DNA from: Candidatus Wolfebacteria bacterium RIFCSPLOWO2_01_FULL_45_19
Lineage (GTDB): Bacteria > Patescibacteriota > Minisyncoccia > UBA6257 > GWB1-45-9
Assembly: GCA_001793855.1 (NCBI GenBank)
Contig: MGIR01000001.1
Span: forward strand, 93,891-157,890
Direction of reading: 5' to 3'
Length of the DNA: 64,000 bases
The position numbers and the translations under genes were made by a program. The notes under the pieces were generated by a model. The model had not been told where the DNA came from. It searched no databases and saw nothing but the letters and a program-made list of their open reading frames with translations. Shown one piece after another: positions 1-8,279 of this stretch; the first letter of the stretch is position 1, and the number at the start of each line of letters is the position of its first letter.

Positions 1-457
1 GCATCAGGATATCAGGTGGGATGAAACCGCTGTTGTCGCGGGAAAAAAATTCGCGAACAAACTTTGGAATGCCAGCAGGTTTGTTTTGGGACGTATTCCG
101 GAAGACGCGAAACTCAAAATACCTCCGCTGGCGAGTATGACTTTGGCAAAACGTGAAACGGATGAAGCCGGTAAAAAAATTCTGAGAGAAGCGCTTAAAA
201 CAAGAAAACAAGTTGAAAAACATATGGAAAAATATCAATTCGGACACGCCTTGCGTGAAATTTACGATTTTTTTTGGCACAAATACTGCGACGTTTATCT
301 GGAAGAATCAAAAAAGCTTGACGACAACCATATCGTCCTCGTCGGCGTTTTGGCGGAATCGCTTAAAATGCTGCATCCGTTTATGCCTTTCATAACCGAA
401 GAAATTTACCAAAAAATGCCTTTGCAAGAAAAAACTCTTTTGATGATTGAGAGATGA
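1..457 (+). CDS. valS: valyl-tRNA synthetase, C-terminal fragment (5' end outside window)
   Basis: The ORF is open to the window start. It has class-I aaRS anticodon-binding and C-terminal motifs (FWHKYCDVYLE, LHPFMPFITEEIY) typical of ValRS. Confidence 0.7.
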   Translation, partial: HQDIRWDETAVVAGKKFANKLWNASRFVLGRIPEDAKLKIPPLASMTLAKRETDEAGKKILREALKTRKQVEKHMEKYQFGHALREIYDFFWHKYCDVYLEESKKLDDNHIVLVGVLAESLKMLHPFMPFITEEIYQKMPLQEKTLLMIER

Positions 458-489
458 GAGATCCGGATGATATATGTTAAAATATATAT

Positions 490-1161
490 GTGATATTATT
501 TGCGATAATTTTGGGATTGTTTCCGAGTTTCGCCTGGCTGTTCTTCTTTTTGCGCGAAGACAGCAAAAATCCCGAACCGCGCAATCTTATTGTTTACGTT
601 TTTGTTGCCGGCGCCGCCGTTACTCTGATAGCGATTTATGCTGAGCTTTTTTTTCAAAACGCGATTACCAGTATTGGGTTTGCCGTTTACGGCGCGGCGT
701 CCATGCTTGGTCTGGCTTTTATTGAAGAATTTTTTAAATTCGGCGCCGTGTATTTGACGGTCAGAAAAAGAGCGGAGTTTGACGAACCGGTTGACGCTAT
801 GATTTACATGATTGTCGCCGCTCTGGGTTTCGCGGCGGTTGAAAACATCGCGGCTGTCTCGGGAGTGTTTAAAGGAACCGCCTCTCTTGCCGATATTTTC
901 CAAATTACCACCTTGCGTTTCATAGGCGCGACACTGCTTCACTCCCTGGCGTCAGCCGCTCTGGGTTACTATTGGGCGCTTGGCATAGCAAAAAATAAGG
1001 TCGTCAAATTTATCGCCATAGGGCTTATCGTGGCCACGCTTTTGCACGCGCTTTTTAACTATTTGATATTAAGTTTTGAGCCGGAGTTTTATCCAACTCT
1101 TTTTCTTGTGGCTTTGGCCTTGTTTATTTTTGTGGATTTTGAGAAACTTAAGAGAGTATGA
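490..1161 (+). CDS. PrsW-family intramembrane metalloprotease-like membrane protein
   Basis: The protein has multiple transmembrane segments. It carries EEFFK, TLLH and HALFN motifs that match the PrsW EExxK / FxxxH / HxxxN signature. Confidence 0.55.
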   Translation: MILFAIILGLFPSFAWLFFFLREDSKNPEPRNLIVYVFVAGAAVTLIAIYAELFFQNAITSIGFAVYGAASMLGLAFIEEFFKFGAVYLTVRKRAEFDEPVDAMIYMIVAALGFAAVENIAAVSGVFKGTASLADIFQITTLRFIGATLLHSLASAALGYYWALGIAKNKVVKFIAIGLIVATLLHALFNYLILSFEPEFYPTLFLVALALFIFVDFEKLKRV

Positions 1162-1174
1162 TATAATAAAACGT

Positions 1175-1756
1175 ATGGACGAGCAAAATAAAAAATTCTT
1201 TGAGGAATTGGCCGGAGCCAGCTCGAGCGAACATATTATTGACCAGGCGCCGCCTAATGATATTGCCGACAGTAGTGACGATGAGCCGGAAGAGCCGAAG
1301 GCAATGCTTGTAAAAATGGGTTCGTCAACTTCAACGCGTTCGCGAAAAATCGCCACAACGGTGTCGGGTAACGAAGCCGAATTGCCCGTTTCCCAGCCAA
1401 ACGTAAACGGCGAGTTTGAAGAAAACGAAGGCCAACTGACGGTTGACATATATCAGACGCTTGATGAGATAGTGATTCAGTCCACCGTCGCCGGAGTGCG
1501 CCCGGAGGATCTGGATATCCAGATTACTCCCGAAAGCGTAACCATTCGCGGAATGCGGCAAAGAGAAGAAGAAGTGCGAGACCAGGATTACTTTTATCAG
1601 GAATGTTACTGGGGCAGGTTTTCCCGCTCAGTCATACTGCCGCAGGAAATAGACGCGGAAAAAGCTGCGGCAAGTTTGAAAAACGGAGTTCTTATTATAC
1701 GCCTTCCGAAACTGAACCGTCAAAAAACAAAAAAACTGAAAGTAAAGTTTACGTAA
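1175..1756 (+). CDS. Hsp20/alpha-crystallin family small heat-shock protein
   Basis: The C-terminal alpha-crystallin domain (GVLIIRLPK) is present. The start was moved to the ATG at 1175 just after the upstream stop; the track's 1076 start overlaps the upstream gene. Confidence 0.75.
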   Translation: MDEQNKKFFEELAGASSSEHIIDQAPPNDIADSSDDEPEEPKAMLVKMGSSTSTRSRKIATTVSGNEAELPVSQPNVNGEFEENEGQLTVDIYQTLDEIVIQSTVAGVRPEDLDIQITPESVTIRGMRQREEEVRDQDYFYQECYWGRFSRSVILPQEIDAEKAAASLKNGVLIIRLPKLNRQKTKKLKVKFT

Positions 1757-1764
1757 AATGAAAA

Positions 1765-1790
1765 AGCCGAGCTAATCAGCTCGGCTTTTT
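1765..1790. terminator. rho-independent terminator, probably bidirectional (hsp20 on + and tRNA-Arg on -)
   Basis: A hairpin (agccgagc-taatca-gctcggct) is flanked by an A-run upstream and a T-run downstream. Confidence 0.6.
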
Positions 1791-1793
1791 GTT

Positions 1794-1868
1794 TGGTGCG
1801 CCTGGAGGGATTCGAACCCCCAATATCTGCTTCGAAGGCAGACGTGATATCCATTTCACTACAGGCGC
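1794..1868 (-). tRNA. tRNA-Arg (anticodon UCG), CCA encoded
   Basis: The reverse complement folds as a cloverleaf. The acceptor stem is GCGCCTG/CAGGCGC, the anticodon loop is CTTCGAA and the T-loop is TTCGAAT. The 3' end is ACCA. Confidence 0.85.
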
Positions 1869-1891
1869 GTATCTTTTATTATCAGTATAAC

Positions 1892-2158
1892 AGACCCTAT
1901 CTCAATAATAATCCTCAAACGCGTTGCGAGGATAAATTGAAAATTTCAAGGCCTGCCGACGAAGATGTATAAAATATACTTCAAGGAGGCGTAACGCAGA
2001 AATTTTCAATTTAGACCGCAACTCGAAGGGATATTGCAAATTTCATCCATAACTTCGTTGCTCCTCCTCGTAGTGCGCTTGCACAGCTTCGTCGTCGCGC
2101 CTTGTTCTGTATAAAATTTGCTAATATCGCGTTAGGAATTATCATTGGGATAGGGTCT
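1892..2158. repeat. long imperfect palindrome with 21-bp mirrored termini
   Basis: 1892-1912 (agaccctatctcaataataat) is the reverse complement of 2138-2158 with 2 mismatches. Arm complementarity continues inward. Confidence 0.5.
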
Positions 2159-2178
2159 AATATCATTAAACCATAAGA

Positions 2179-3681
2179 ATGGAAATTCCAAAAGAAGTAA
2201 AACTTATTCAGGATAAATTGACCAAAGCCGGATTTGAGGCCTATCTTGTCGGCGGGTGCGTCCGCGACCTTTTGCTTAAAACCGTTTATGGTGAGCCTGT
2301 CGAACCACAGGACTGGGATATTACGACAAATGCGAAACCAGAAGAGCTTATGAAACTTTTTCCGGACAGCGTTTACGAAAATCAGTTCGGCACGGTAGGA
2401 GCGAAAACGCGCTCGGAGGACCCGATCACCCGGCTGGTTGAAATAACTACGTTCAGAAAAGAAGGAAAATATACCGACAAGAGGCATCCGGACACAATTG
2501 CTTTTGCCGAGACATTGGAAGAGGACTTGTCGCGCCGCGATTTCATCGTAAACGCGCTTGCGATGGATATAAAAGGAAATATCACTGACCCTTTTGGCGG
2601 CCAAAAGGACCTAAAGGCTAAAGTTATCCGCGCCGTTGGAAATCCGGAAGAGCGATTTCAAGAAGATGCTCTGCGATTGATGCGCGCGGTGCGGTTTTCG
2701 GCGCAATTAAATTTTTCCATAGAAGTCAAAACTGCCGAAGCGGTTAAAAAACACGCCGGGCTTTTGGAATTTATCGCCAAAGAACGTATCGCCGATGAGG
2801 TTTTAAAATTGTTGATGACCGAGCGCGCTGCTGACGGTGTTGTGAAAATGTCGGAACTTGGTTTGCTTAAATACGTTTTGCCGGAATTGGCGGAGGGGAT
2901 TGATATGGAGCAGAACAAGCATCACAAATACACTGTATTTGAGCATAATCTTCGTTCGCTTGAGTACGCGGCTAAGCAAAATTTTCCTCTGGACATTCGT
3001 TTGTCAGCGCTTCTCCACGATGTCGGAAAGCCGCGCACTAGAGTATGGAAAAATGACCCGCGTGGCGAAAAAACTTTGAAAGGCAAAAAAGGCGATTGGA
3101 CTTTTTATCAGCACCAGTATGTTGGAGAAAAAATGGCGTTGCGAATGCTTGACCGTTTGCGTCTCCCTTGCAAACTTACCGAGAAAATCGCCTTGCTCGT
3201 GCGTGAGCATATGTTCGTTTACGACCCGGAACTGGTTACGGAAAGGGGGGTGCGTCGTCTTTTGAGACGCGTTGGTTCGGAAAATATGGACGACTTAATG
3301 CTTGTGCGCGAGGCAGACCGTATCGGTTCTGGGGTTGCCAAAGCGGTTCCGTATCGCTTGCGGCATCTTAAAGCGATGATAGAACGAGTAAAAAAAGATC
3401 CGGTGAGCGTGAAAATGCTTGCGGTGAAAGGAAATGACGTTATGGAAACGCTTAAAATTGAGCCGGGACCGAAAGTCGGCAAGATTCTCAATATTTTGCT
3501 TGAAGAAGTTCTTGATAGTCCGGTCTTGAACGATCGCGATAAGCTTGTTGTTCGCGTGCGAGAATTGGCAAAATTGCCGGAAAAAGAACTTGATAAAATG
3601 ACAGAATTAGCTAAACTTAAAGCTGTGGAAGAGCAAAAATGTACGGAGGAGGAAATAATGAAGAAATTTTTCGTGAAGTAA
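2179..3681 (+). CDS. cca: CCA-adding tRNA nucleotidyltransferase with HD domain
   Basis: The N-terminal PolBeta nucleotidyltransferase region (GGCVRDLLL, DWDITT) and the HD motif (LLHDVGKP) are present. The length is 500 aa. Confidence 0.85.
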   Translation: MEIPKEVKLIQDKLTKAGFEAYLVGGCVRDLLLKTVYGEPVEPQDWDITTNAKPEELMKLFPDSVYENQFGTVGAKTRSEDPITRLVEITTFRKEGKYTDKRHPDTIAFAETLEEDLSRRDFIVNALAMDIKGNITDPFGGQKDLKAKVIRAVGNPEERFQEDALRLMRAVRFSAQLNFSIEVKTAEAVKKHAGLLEFIAKERIADEVLKLLMTERAADGVVKMSELGLLKYVLPELAEGIDMEQNKHHKYTVFEHNLRSLEYAAKQNFPLDIRLSALLHDVGKPRTRVWKNDPRGEKTLKGKKGDWTFYQHQYVGEKMALRMLDRLRLPCKLTEKIALLVREHMFVYDPELVTERGVRRLLRRVGSENMDDLMLVREADRIGSGVAKAVPYRLRHLKAMIERVKKDPVSVKMLAVKGNDVMETLKIEPGPKVGKILNILLEEVLDSPVLNDRDKLVVRVRELAKLPEKELDKMTELAKLKAVEEQKCTEEEIMKKFFVK

Positions 3682-3684
3682 AAA

Positions 3685-3716
3685 TGGGTTGTAGTATACC
3701 GGTAGTACGCGCGTTC
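3685..3716 (+). other. tRNA-Pro-like 5' half fragment (diverged paralog of 3733-3768)
   Basis: It aligns position by position with the acceptor, D-arm and anticodon 5' stem of the adjacent tRNA-Pro. Its acceptor 5' strand TGGGTTG can pair with CAGCCCG at 3854-3860. Confidence 0.45.
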
Positions 3717-3821
3717 GCCCCCACACTCATAACGGGGCATAGTATATCGGCAGTACGCACGCTTCGGGTGCGTGAAGGTTGGGTTCAATTCCCAATGCCC
3801 CGAAAGAATGAGTGTGGGGGC
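3717..3821. repeat. perfect 14-bp inverted repeat flanking tRNA-Pro
   Basis: gcccccacactcat (3717-3730) and atgagtgtgggggc (3808-3821) are reverse complements of each other. Confidence 0.75.
3733..3803 (+). tRNA. tRNA-Pro (anticodon CGG), no encoded CCA
   Basis: The acceptor stem is CGGGGCA/TGCCCCG. The D-stem is GTAT/GTAC, the anticodon arm is cacgc-TTCGGGT-gcgtg, and the T-arm is ttggg-TTCAATT-cccaa. Confidence 0.85.
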
Positions 3822-3823
3822 AA

Positions 3824-3861
3824 GGGTGCGTGAAGACCGGGTTCGTTTCCCGGCAGCCCGA
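3824..3861 (+). other. tRNA-Pro-like 3' half fragment (diverged paralog)
   Basis: gggtgcgtgaag is identical to the tRNA-Pro 3' half. It then carries a T-arm (ccggg-TTCGTTT-cccgg, lacking A58) and the acceptor strand CAGCCCG plus A. Confidence 0.45.
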
Positions 3862-3868
3862 CAAACAA

Positions 3869-4579
3869 ATGGAATTACAAAAATCTACAAAACAAGAGCG
3901 CCGAGAATTACGCCATCAAGAGAAAATGATGGAGCAAAAGCAACGGGCAAGAAAAGAATTTATAAAACGAATTATTTTTTGGTTCTCAATCCTTATCGTT
4001 ATTGGCGCTTTAATCTTCGGAGTTGCAAAATTTACCAACGCTCCGAGTGGCAGTGACGTTAATAATGATTGGATCAAAGGAAATAGAGAGGCATCTGTTA
4101 CCATTGTTGAATATAGCGATTTTCAATGTCCCGCGTGTGGCGCGTATTATCCTGTGACAAAACAACTCGTAGAGGAATTCGGCGAAAACATTGCTTTTGT
4201 ATATCGCCATTTCCCCTTGAGTCAAATTCACAAGAATGCCGAATTAGCGGCGCAGGCAGCGGAAGCGGCCGGCAAACAAAATAAATTTTGGGAAATGCAT
4301 GATATGATATTTGAAAACCAGAAAGAATGGTCAGACGAGAGAAATGTGAAAGAATTTTTTGTGATGTACGCGGAAGCTCTTAATTTGAACAAAGAACAAT
4401 TTGTTGCTGATTTTGATTTAAAGGAAGTAATGGATAAGATAAATGCAGATTATAAAAGCGGACTTCGCTACAGCGTGAACGCTGTTCCTACTTTTTTTCT
4501 GAACGGAGAGAAATTGCAAAATCCAAGAAATTACGAAGATTTTAAATCCATTATCCAAGAGTATATTTCTCAACAATAA
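3869..4579 (+). CDS. DsbA-family thiol:disulfide oxidoreductase, membrane-anchored
   Basis: An N-terminal transmembrane segment is followed by a thioredoxin fold with a CPAC active site (DFQCPACG). The start was set at MELQK after the tRNA-like fragment; the track's 3812 start overlaps it. Confidence 0.7.
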   Translation: MELQKSTKQERRELRHQEKMMEQKQRARKEFIKRIIFWFSILIVIGALIFGVAKFTNAPSGSDVNNDWIKGNREASVTIVEYSDFQCPACGAYYPVTKQLVEEFGENIAFVYRHFPLSQIHKNAELAAQAAEAAGKQNKFWEMHDMIFENQKEWSDERNVKEFFVMYAEALNLNKEQFVADFDLKEVMDKINADYKSGLRYSVNAVPTFFLNGEKLQNPRNYEDFKSIIQEYISQQ

Positions 4580-4581
4580 TT

Positions 4582-5196
4582 ATGAACCCCGTACTAAAAA
4601 CTATTTTCATTTCTTCAATTGTCGGCGCCGTTGCCGGTAGCGGCATGACCTTTCTTTTTCAGAATAATCAAAAATCAACCGAACAAGAGCTCATAAAGGA
4701 ATTCTACGAGATAGAGAATGCCGTTTACGTCAGTCCTCATAGTTTGCGCCAAAAAATGTCCAAAGGGCAGACAGACGGTTATGTTTTAGTGGACTTGCGA
4801 AGTAATGAAGAATACGAAAAGGGACATATTATTACCGCAGTGAGTGTGCCTGCCTACAAAGACCCAAATACTTCTGCCTATGACGAGAGAGATCGCATAA
4901 TCGTACAATTCCGAGAATTATTAAAAAACAATCCAAACAAAGAAATTATTGTTTACTGTTATAGCATGCCCTGCATGACTGGGAGGAAAATCGGAAAAAT
5001 GCTCGTTGAAAACGGAATGTACGTTAAACATCTTGGAATTGGCTGGAATGAGTGGCGATATTTCTGGAGTTTATGGAATCACGATGGCGAGGCGCCGACA
5101 AAATGGGAGGACTTTGTGATAAGCGGTAAAGATCCGGGTGTTCCCAAAGCGCAGGAATTGCCTTCACCGTGCGGCGAAGGGGAGTTCGGCTGCTAA
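4582..5196 (+). CDS. rhodanese-domain sulfurtransferase-like protein with N-terminal TM
   Basis: A rhodanese fold is suggested by VLVDLRSNEEYEKGHI and the IIVYCYSMPC region. It sits next to the DsbA-like gene. Confidence 0.6.
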   Translation: MNPVLKTIFISSIVGAVAGSGMTFLFQNNQKSTEQELIKEFYEIENAVYVSPHSLRQKMSKGQTDGYVLVDLRSNEEYEKGHIITAVSVPAYKDPNTSAYDERDRIIVQFRELLKNNPNKEIIVYCYSMPCMTGRKIGKMLVENGMYVKHLGIGWNEWRYFWSLWNHDGEAPTKWEDFVISGKDPGVPKAQELPSPCGEGEFGC

Positions 5197-5280
5197 TTTC
5201 TCTTCTACCATTTTCAGTTCGTCCAAAGTTACCAACGCGTGTTCAACCAAGCCCTTATTTTTTTATATACTAAAAGAAAG

Positions 5281-5309
5281 TTGAGCGAAGGGTCAATGTA
5301 GGATATAAT
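5281..5309 (+). promoter_or_regulatory. sigma70-like promoter TTGAGC-N17-TATAAT
   Basis: The -35 element is at 5281-5286 and the -10 at 5304-5309. An AAGGAGG ribosome-binding site follows at 5342-5348, upstream of the ATG at 5354. Confidence 0.55.
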
Positions 5310-5353
5310 TACTTAGTTATAAGCACCTAAACAATTTTAAAAGGAGGTTGCGA

Positions 5354-6913
5354 ATGGGAAATCTGAAAGTAGCGTTTCTGACAATGGAAATGCTTATCGG
5401 TGAGCTTTCCGAACCGTTGCGCGGAGCCAATTTCAAAGGTGGGCTCGGCATTCTTGCCGGAGACATAGCGCGTAATTTTAAAGAAGTCGGTATAAATGCC
5501 ATGTGTTTCGTTCCGTTTTACGACAGGCCGTGGTTCGCTAAAGATACGCGCCTGGATTACAACAAGTTTGGTTCATTTCCGATTGAAATAGCAATTAATG
5601 GTCATAAGTTTGAAGTTAATGCACATAAAGCTTTTTGCGGCGCGCAAGACGTGTTCGGTTTGAGCCATCCGGAGATATTTGACGTTCTTTATACCGATGA
5701 CCGTCAAAAACGACTTTTGCAGGAAGTATTACTTGCCATTGTTGTTCCGCGAATGCTTAAAGCTGCGAATTTTGCTCCGGATGTCGTTTGGTTAAATGAA
5801 TCTCACACGGCTTTAATTATTCCGCATCTTAAAGAAGATCCGTTTTTCGCGCGGACTAAAATTCTTTTTACCACGCATACGCCTGTTCAAGCCGGAATGG
5901 AGAAATTTTATGATTATAATTTTGACAAGCTTGAACTTGCGCATCAACTGTATCGAGACGCGTTTATTAATAACGGCGTTCTTGACCTGACTCGCGGCGC
6001 GATGGTTTTAAGCGACGCGGTTAATGCGGTTTCCGAAGAGCATCGTGAGGTTACGAAAAGAATGTTTTCTGGTTTCGCCGATAAAATAACCGGTATTCGT
6101 AACGGAAGCGACGCGCGTTTTTGGACGCATAAAAGCACTTCTTATTTAGTGAACAGAAAAATAATTATTGAACTTGATGATTTGATGGAAATTCACGCTC
6201 AAGCGCGAGGCGAGGTCTTGGCCCTTGCAAATAAATTAAGCGGTTTGGCATTGAGTGAAAAAAAGCCCACGGCGTGGTTTGTCAGAAGGTTTGCGGGATA
6301 CAAAAATTTGTATCCGATGCTTGAGCCGATTCTTCCGGCGATTTGCGCGGAGCGGGGAAGTTATGTAAATACAAATCTTGGCGTGCTTGAAGGACTCGGA
6401 ATGCAGATTGTTGGCGCCGGCGTTGCTCCGGAAACCGACGGCTATTGTCTTGGCTGGATGTCTGAATTTACGCGTTTGGCTCGAGATGTTTTTCAAGGAC
6501 GATTTGCGTTTATTCCACAATACACTACCGAACTTTTGCAAGCCGGAGCTTGGGGTTCTGATGTTTGGCTTGCGACGCCGGAACCAGGCCTTGAGGCGTG
6601 CGGCACAAGCGACCAGCGCGCGATATTGAACGGCATTCCGGTTATTACTTCCAGGACCGGCGGTCCGATGGAATATCTGGAAGAATTTAATCCGGAAAGC
6701 GCCAATGGCTGCGGATTTTTCATTGACCCATACAATTCCAGAACGCTTTACGAGAAATTGCGAATTTTCAGCTCGCTTTGGTACGCGTGGAAAGAGCAGG
6801 GAGATGAGCGTTATCCAACGCTGAAATTAAACGCCTTTGGGAAGCGGCACGAACTTGATATAGTGACGTGTCTTGAAAAATACAAACAACTTATGTTTAG
6901 CACGGCGCGTTGA
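5354..6913 (+). CDS. GT35-family alpha-glucan phosphorylase homolog (short form)
   Basis: GT35 motifs are present: KGGLGILAGD, NESHTAL and FTTHTPV. The segment EACGTSDQRAILNG aligns to the phosphorylase [14 protein letters not shown]. The start was moved to the ATG at 5354, 6 nt after the track's TTG. Confidence 0.6.
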   Translation: MGNLKVAFLTMEMLIGELSEPLRGANFKGGLGILAGDIARNFKEVGINAMCFVPFYDRPWFAKDTRLDYNKFGSFPIEIAINGHKFEVNAHKAFCGAQDVFGLSHPEIFDVLYTDDRQKRLLQEVLLAIVVPRMLKAANFAPDVVWLNESHTALIIPHLKEDPFFARTKILFTTHTPVQAGMEKFYDYNFDKLELAHQLYRDAFINNGVLDLTRGAMVLSDAVNAVSEEHREVTKRMFSGFADKITGIRNGSDARFWTHKSTSYLVNRKIIIELDDLMEIHAQARGEVLALANKLSGLALSEKKPTAWFVRRFAGYKNLYPMLEPILPAICAERGSYVNTNLGVLEGLGMQIVGAGVAPETDGYCLGWMSEFTRLARDVFQGRFAFIPQYTTELLQAGAWGSDVWLATPEPGLEACGTSDQRAILNGIPVITSRTGGPMEYLEEFNPESANGCGFFIDPYNSRTLYEKLRIFSSLWYAWKEQGDERYPTLKLNAFGKRHELDIVTCLEKYKQLMFSTAR

Positions 6914-6931
6914 CTTCGCGCCGTTTTTTTG
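6902..6931 (+). terminator. rho-independent terminator
   Basis: A hairpin (acggcgcg ... cgcgccgt) is followed by T7. Confidence 0.6.
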
Positions 6932-6983
6932 TTAAAAGAACAATAAGCTTTTTGACAAATCTTTAAAACAGCGAGGTGACCTG

Positions 6984-8165
6984 ATGGCAAATAAGCTTTG
7001 GAAGTTGCGTCCTAAAACGCTTGAAATTCACGGCGGCGGAGAATTTTCTGATATAGGACTGAGACCGGTAGTGGACAGGGTTACGGCATATCCCTTGGGA
7101 AGTTTTGAGAGGGCCAAGCGGTTGTTTGAAGGTTCGGAGGATGGATTTATTTATACGCGTATCAATAACCGTACCGTTGATCGTTTGGAAAAACGAATTG
7201 CGGCGCTTGAGGGCGGGGAGGCGGGGCTTGCTACATCATCCGGCATGTCCGCTATAATGCTTTTGTCTCTTTATTTGGCTCATAGTGGCGGGCACATTGT
7301 TTCTTCCAATCGGCTCTACGGCGGCGTATTTCACTGGTTTCGTGAATTTTTGCCGAAACTCGGCATTGCGGTTACGTTTGTTGAAAATCCGCAAGATATC
7401 GAAGAGTGGAAGCGCGCGATACGTCCGGAAACTAAATTTTTAGCGCTCGAAAATCCGTCAAATCCGCTTATTGATGTTTTTGACCCGAGGCCGATCGCGA
7501 AGCTTGCGCATAGAGAGGGTAAAAAATTCATCGTGGACAGCACTCTCGCAACTCCCGCTCTGGCAAAGCCATTGAAGCAAGGCGCAGATATTGTCTGGCA
7601 TTCGCTCTCCAAATATTTCGGCGACGGCGAAGTCGTAGGTGGATGCATCGTCGGTAAAAAAGAGCTTATCTGCGACATTCGTGTTTCGTGGTTCAGAGAT
7701 CTCGGAGGATGTATGTCTCCGGATAACGCCGCTATTTTTCTTTCGCATGCGGAATCATTGTTTGGTCGTATGTCAGAGCATTCGAGGAATGCGTCAAAAG
7801 TGGCGCGGTTTCTTTCTCACCATCCGAAGGTTAAAAAGGTTTTTTACCCCGCATACGGTTCACATGCCGCGGCGGCGAGACGTTTTATGCCAAATGGATT
7901 TGGCGGGCTCATGGCATTTGAAATAAAGGGCGGAAGACGCGAGGCGAAAACGGTTCTCGAATCGTTGAAACTTTTCTGGCACGCGCCCAATATCGGAGAA
8001 TCCCGTTCGCTCGTCATTCATCCGGCAACAACGACACATGGCCAATTGACGCCGGAGGAACTCGAAAAGGCAAAAATCACGGAGGGCATTCTTCGCCTCT
8101 CTATCGGACGCGAAGATCCACGCGATCTGATTGAAGATTTGCGCCACGCACTTAGTCGTATTTAG
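6984..8165 (+). CDS. Cys/Met-metabolism PLP-dependent enzyme (O-acetylhomoserine sulfhydrylase / cystathionine gamma-synthase / gamma-lyase family)
   Basis: The fold-type I transsulfuration family shows a conserved lysine in SLSKYFGDG and the N-terminal SSGMSAI motif. Confidence 0.75.
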   Translation: MANKLWKLRPKTLEIHGGGEFSDIGLRPVVDRVTAYPLGSFERAKRLFEGSEDGFIYTRINNRTVDRLEKRIAALEGGEAGLATSSGMSAIMLLSLYLAHSGGHIVSSNRLYGGVFHWFREFLPKLGIAVTFVENPQDIEEWKRAIRPETKFLALENPSNPLIDVFDPRPIAKLAHREGKKFIVDSTLATPALAKPLKQGADIVWHSLSKYFGDGEVVGGCIVGKKELICDIRVSWFRDLGGCMSPDNAAIFLSHAESLFGRMSEHSRNASKVARFLSHHPKVKKVFYPAYGSHAAAARRFMPNGFGGLMAFEIKGGRREAKTVLESLKLFWHAPNIGESRSLVIHPATTTHGQLTPEELEKAKITEGILRLSIGREDPRDLIEDLRHALSRI

Positions 8166-8202
8166 AAAAACGTAACATCCACCACTTAAAACATGGGTGG
8201 CT

Positions 8203-8227
8203 ATACCGCTATTTGCGGTATTTTTTA
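8203..8227 (+). terminator. rho-independent terminator
   Basis: A hairpin (taccgc-tattt-gcggta) is followed by T6. Confidence 0.5.
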
Positions 8228-8279
8228 TTTTGAGATATATTTATTGCGCACTTTAAATGTTTAGTTTGGAGGTAGGGAT

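Noticed and set aside
2011-2604. 197-aa minus-strand ORF overlapping the cca 5' region and the palindromic intergenic region
   Set aside because: Its start lies inside the well-supported cca gene. The composition is unremarkable and no motif was found, so I treat it as antisense noise.
3639-4056. Plus-strand ORFs 3639-3833 and 3772-4056 crossing the tRNA-Pro nest
   Set aside because: They read through tRNA and inverted-repeat sequence and overlap the DsbA-like gene out of frame. They are spurious.
6951-6983. Promoter TTGACA upstream of the Cys/Met PLP enzyme gene
   Set aside because: There is no acceptable -10 element at 16-19 nt spacing, only GGTGAC and TAAAAC at the wrong distance, so I did not call it.
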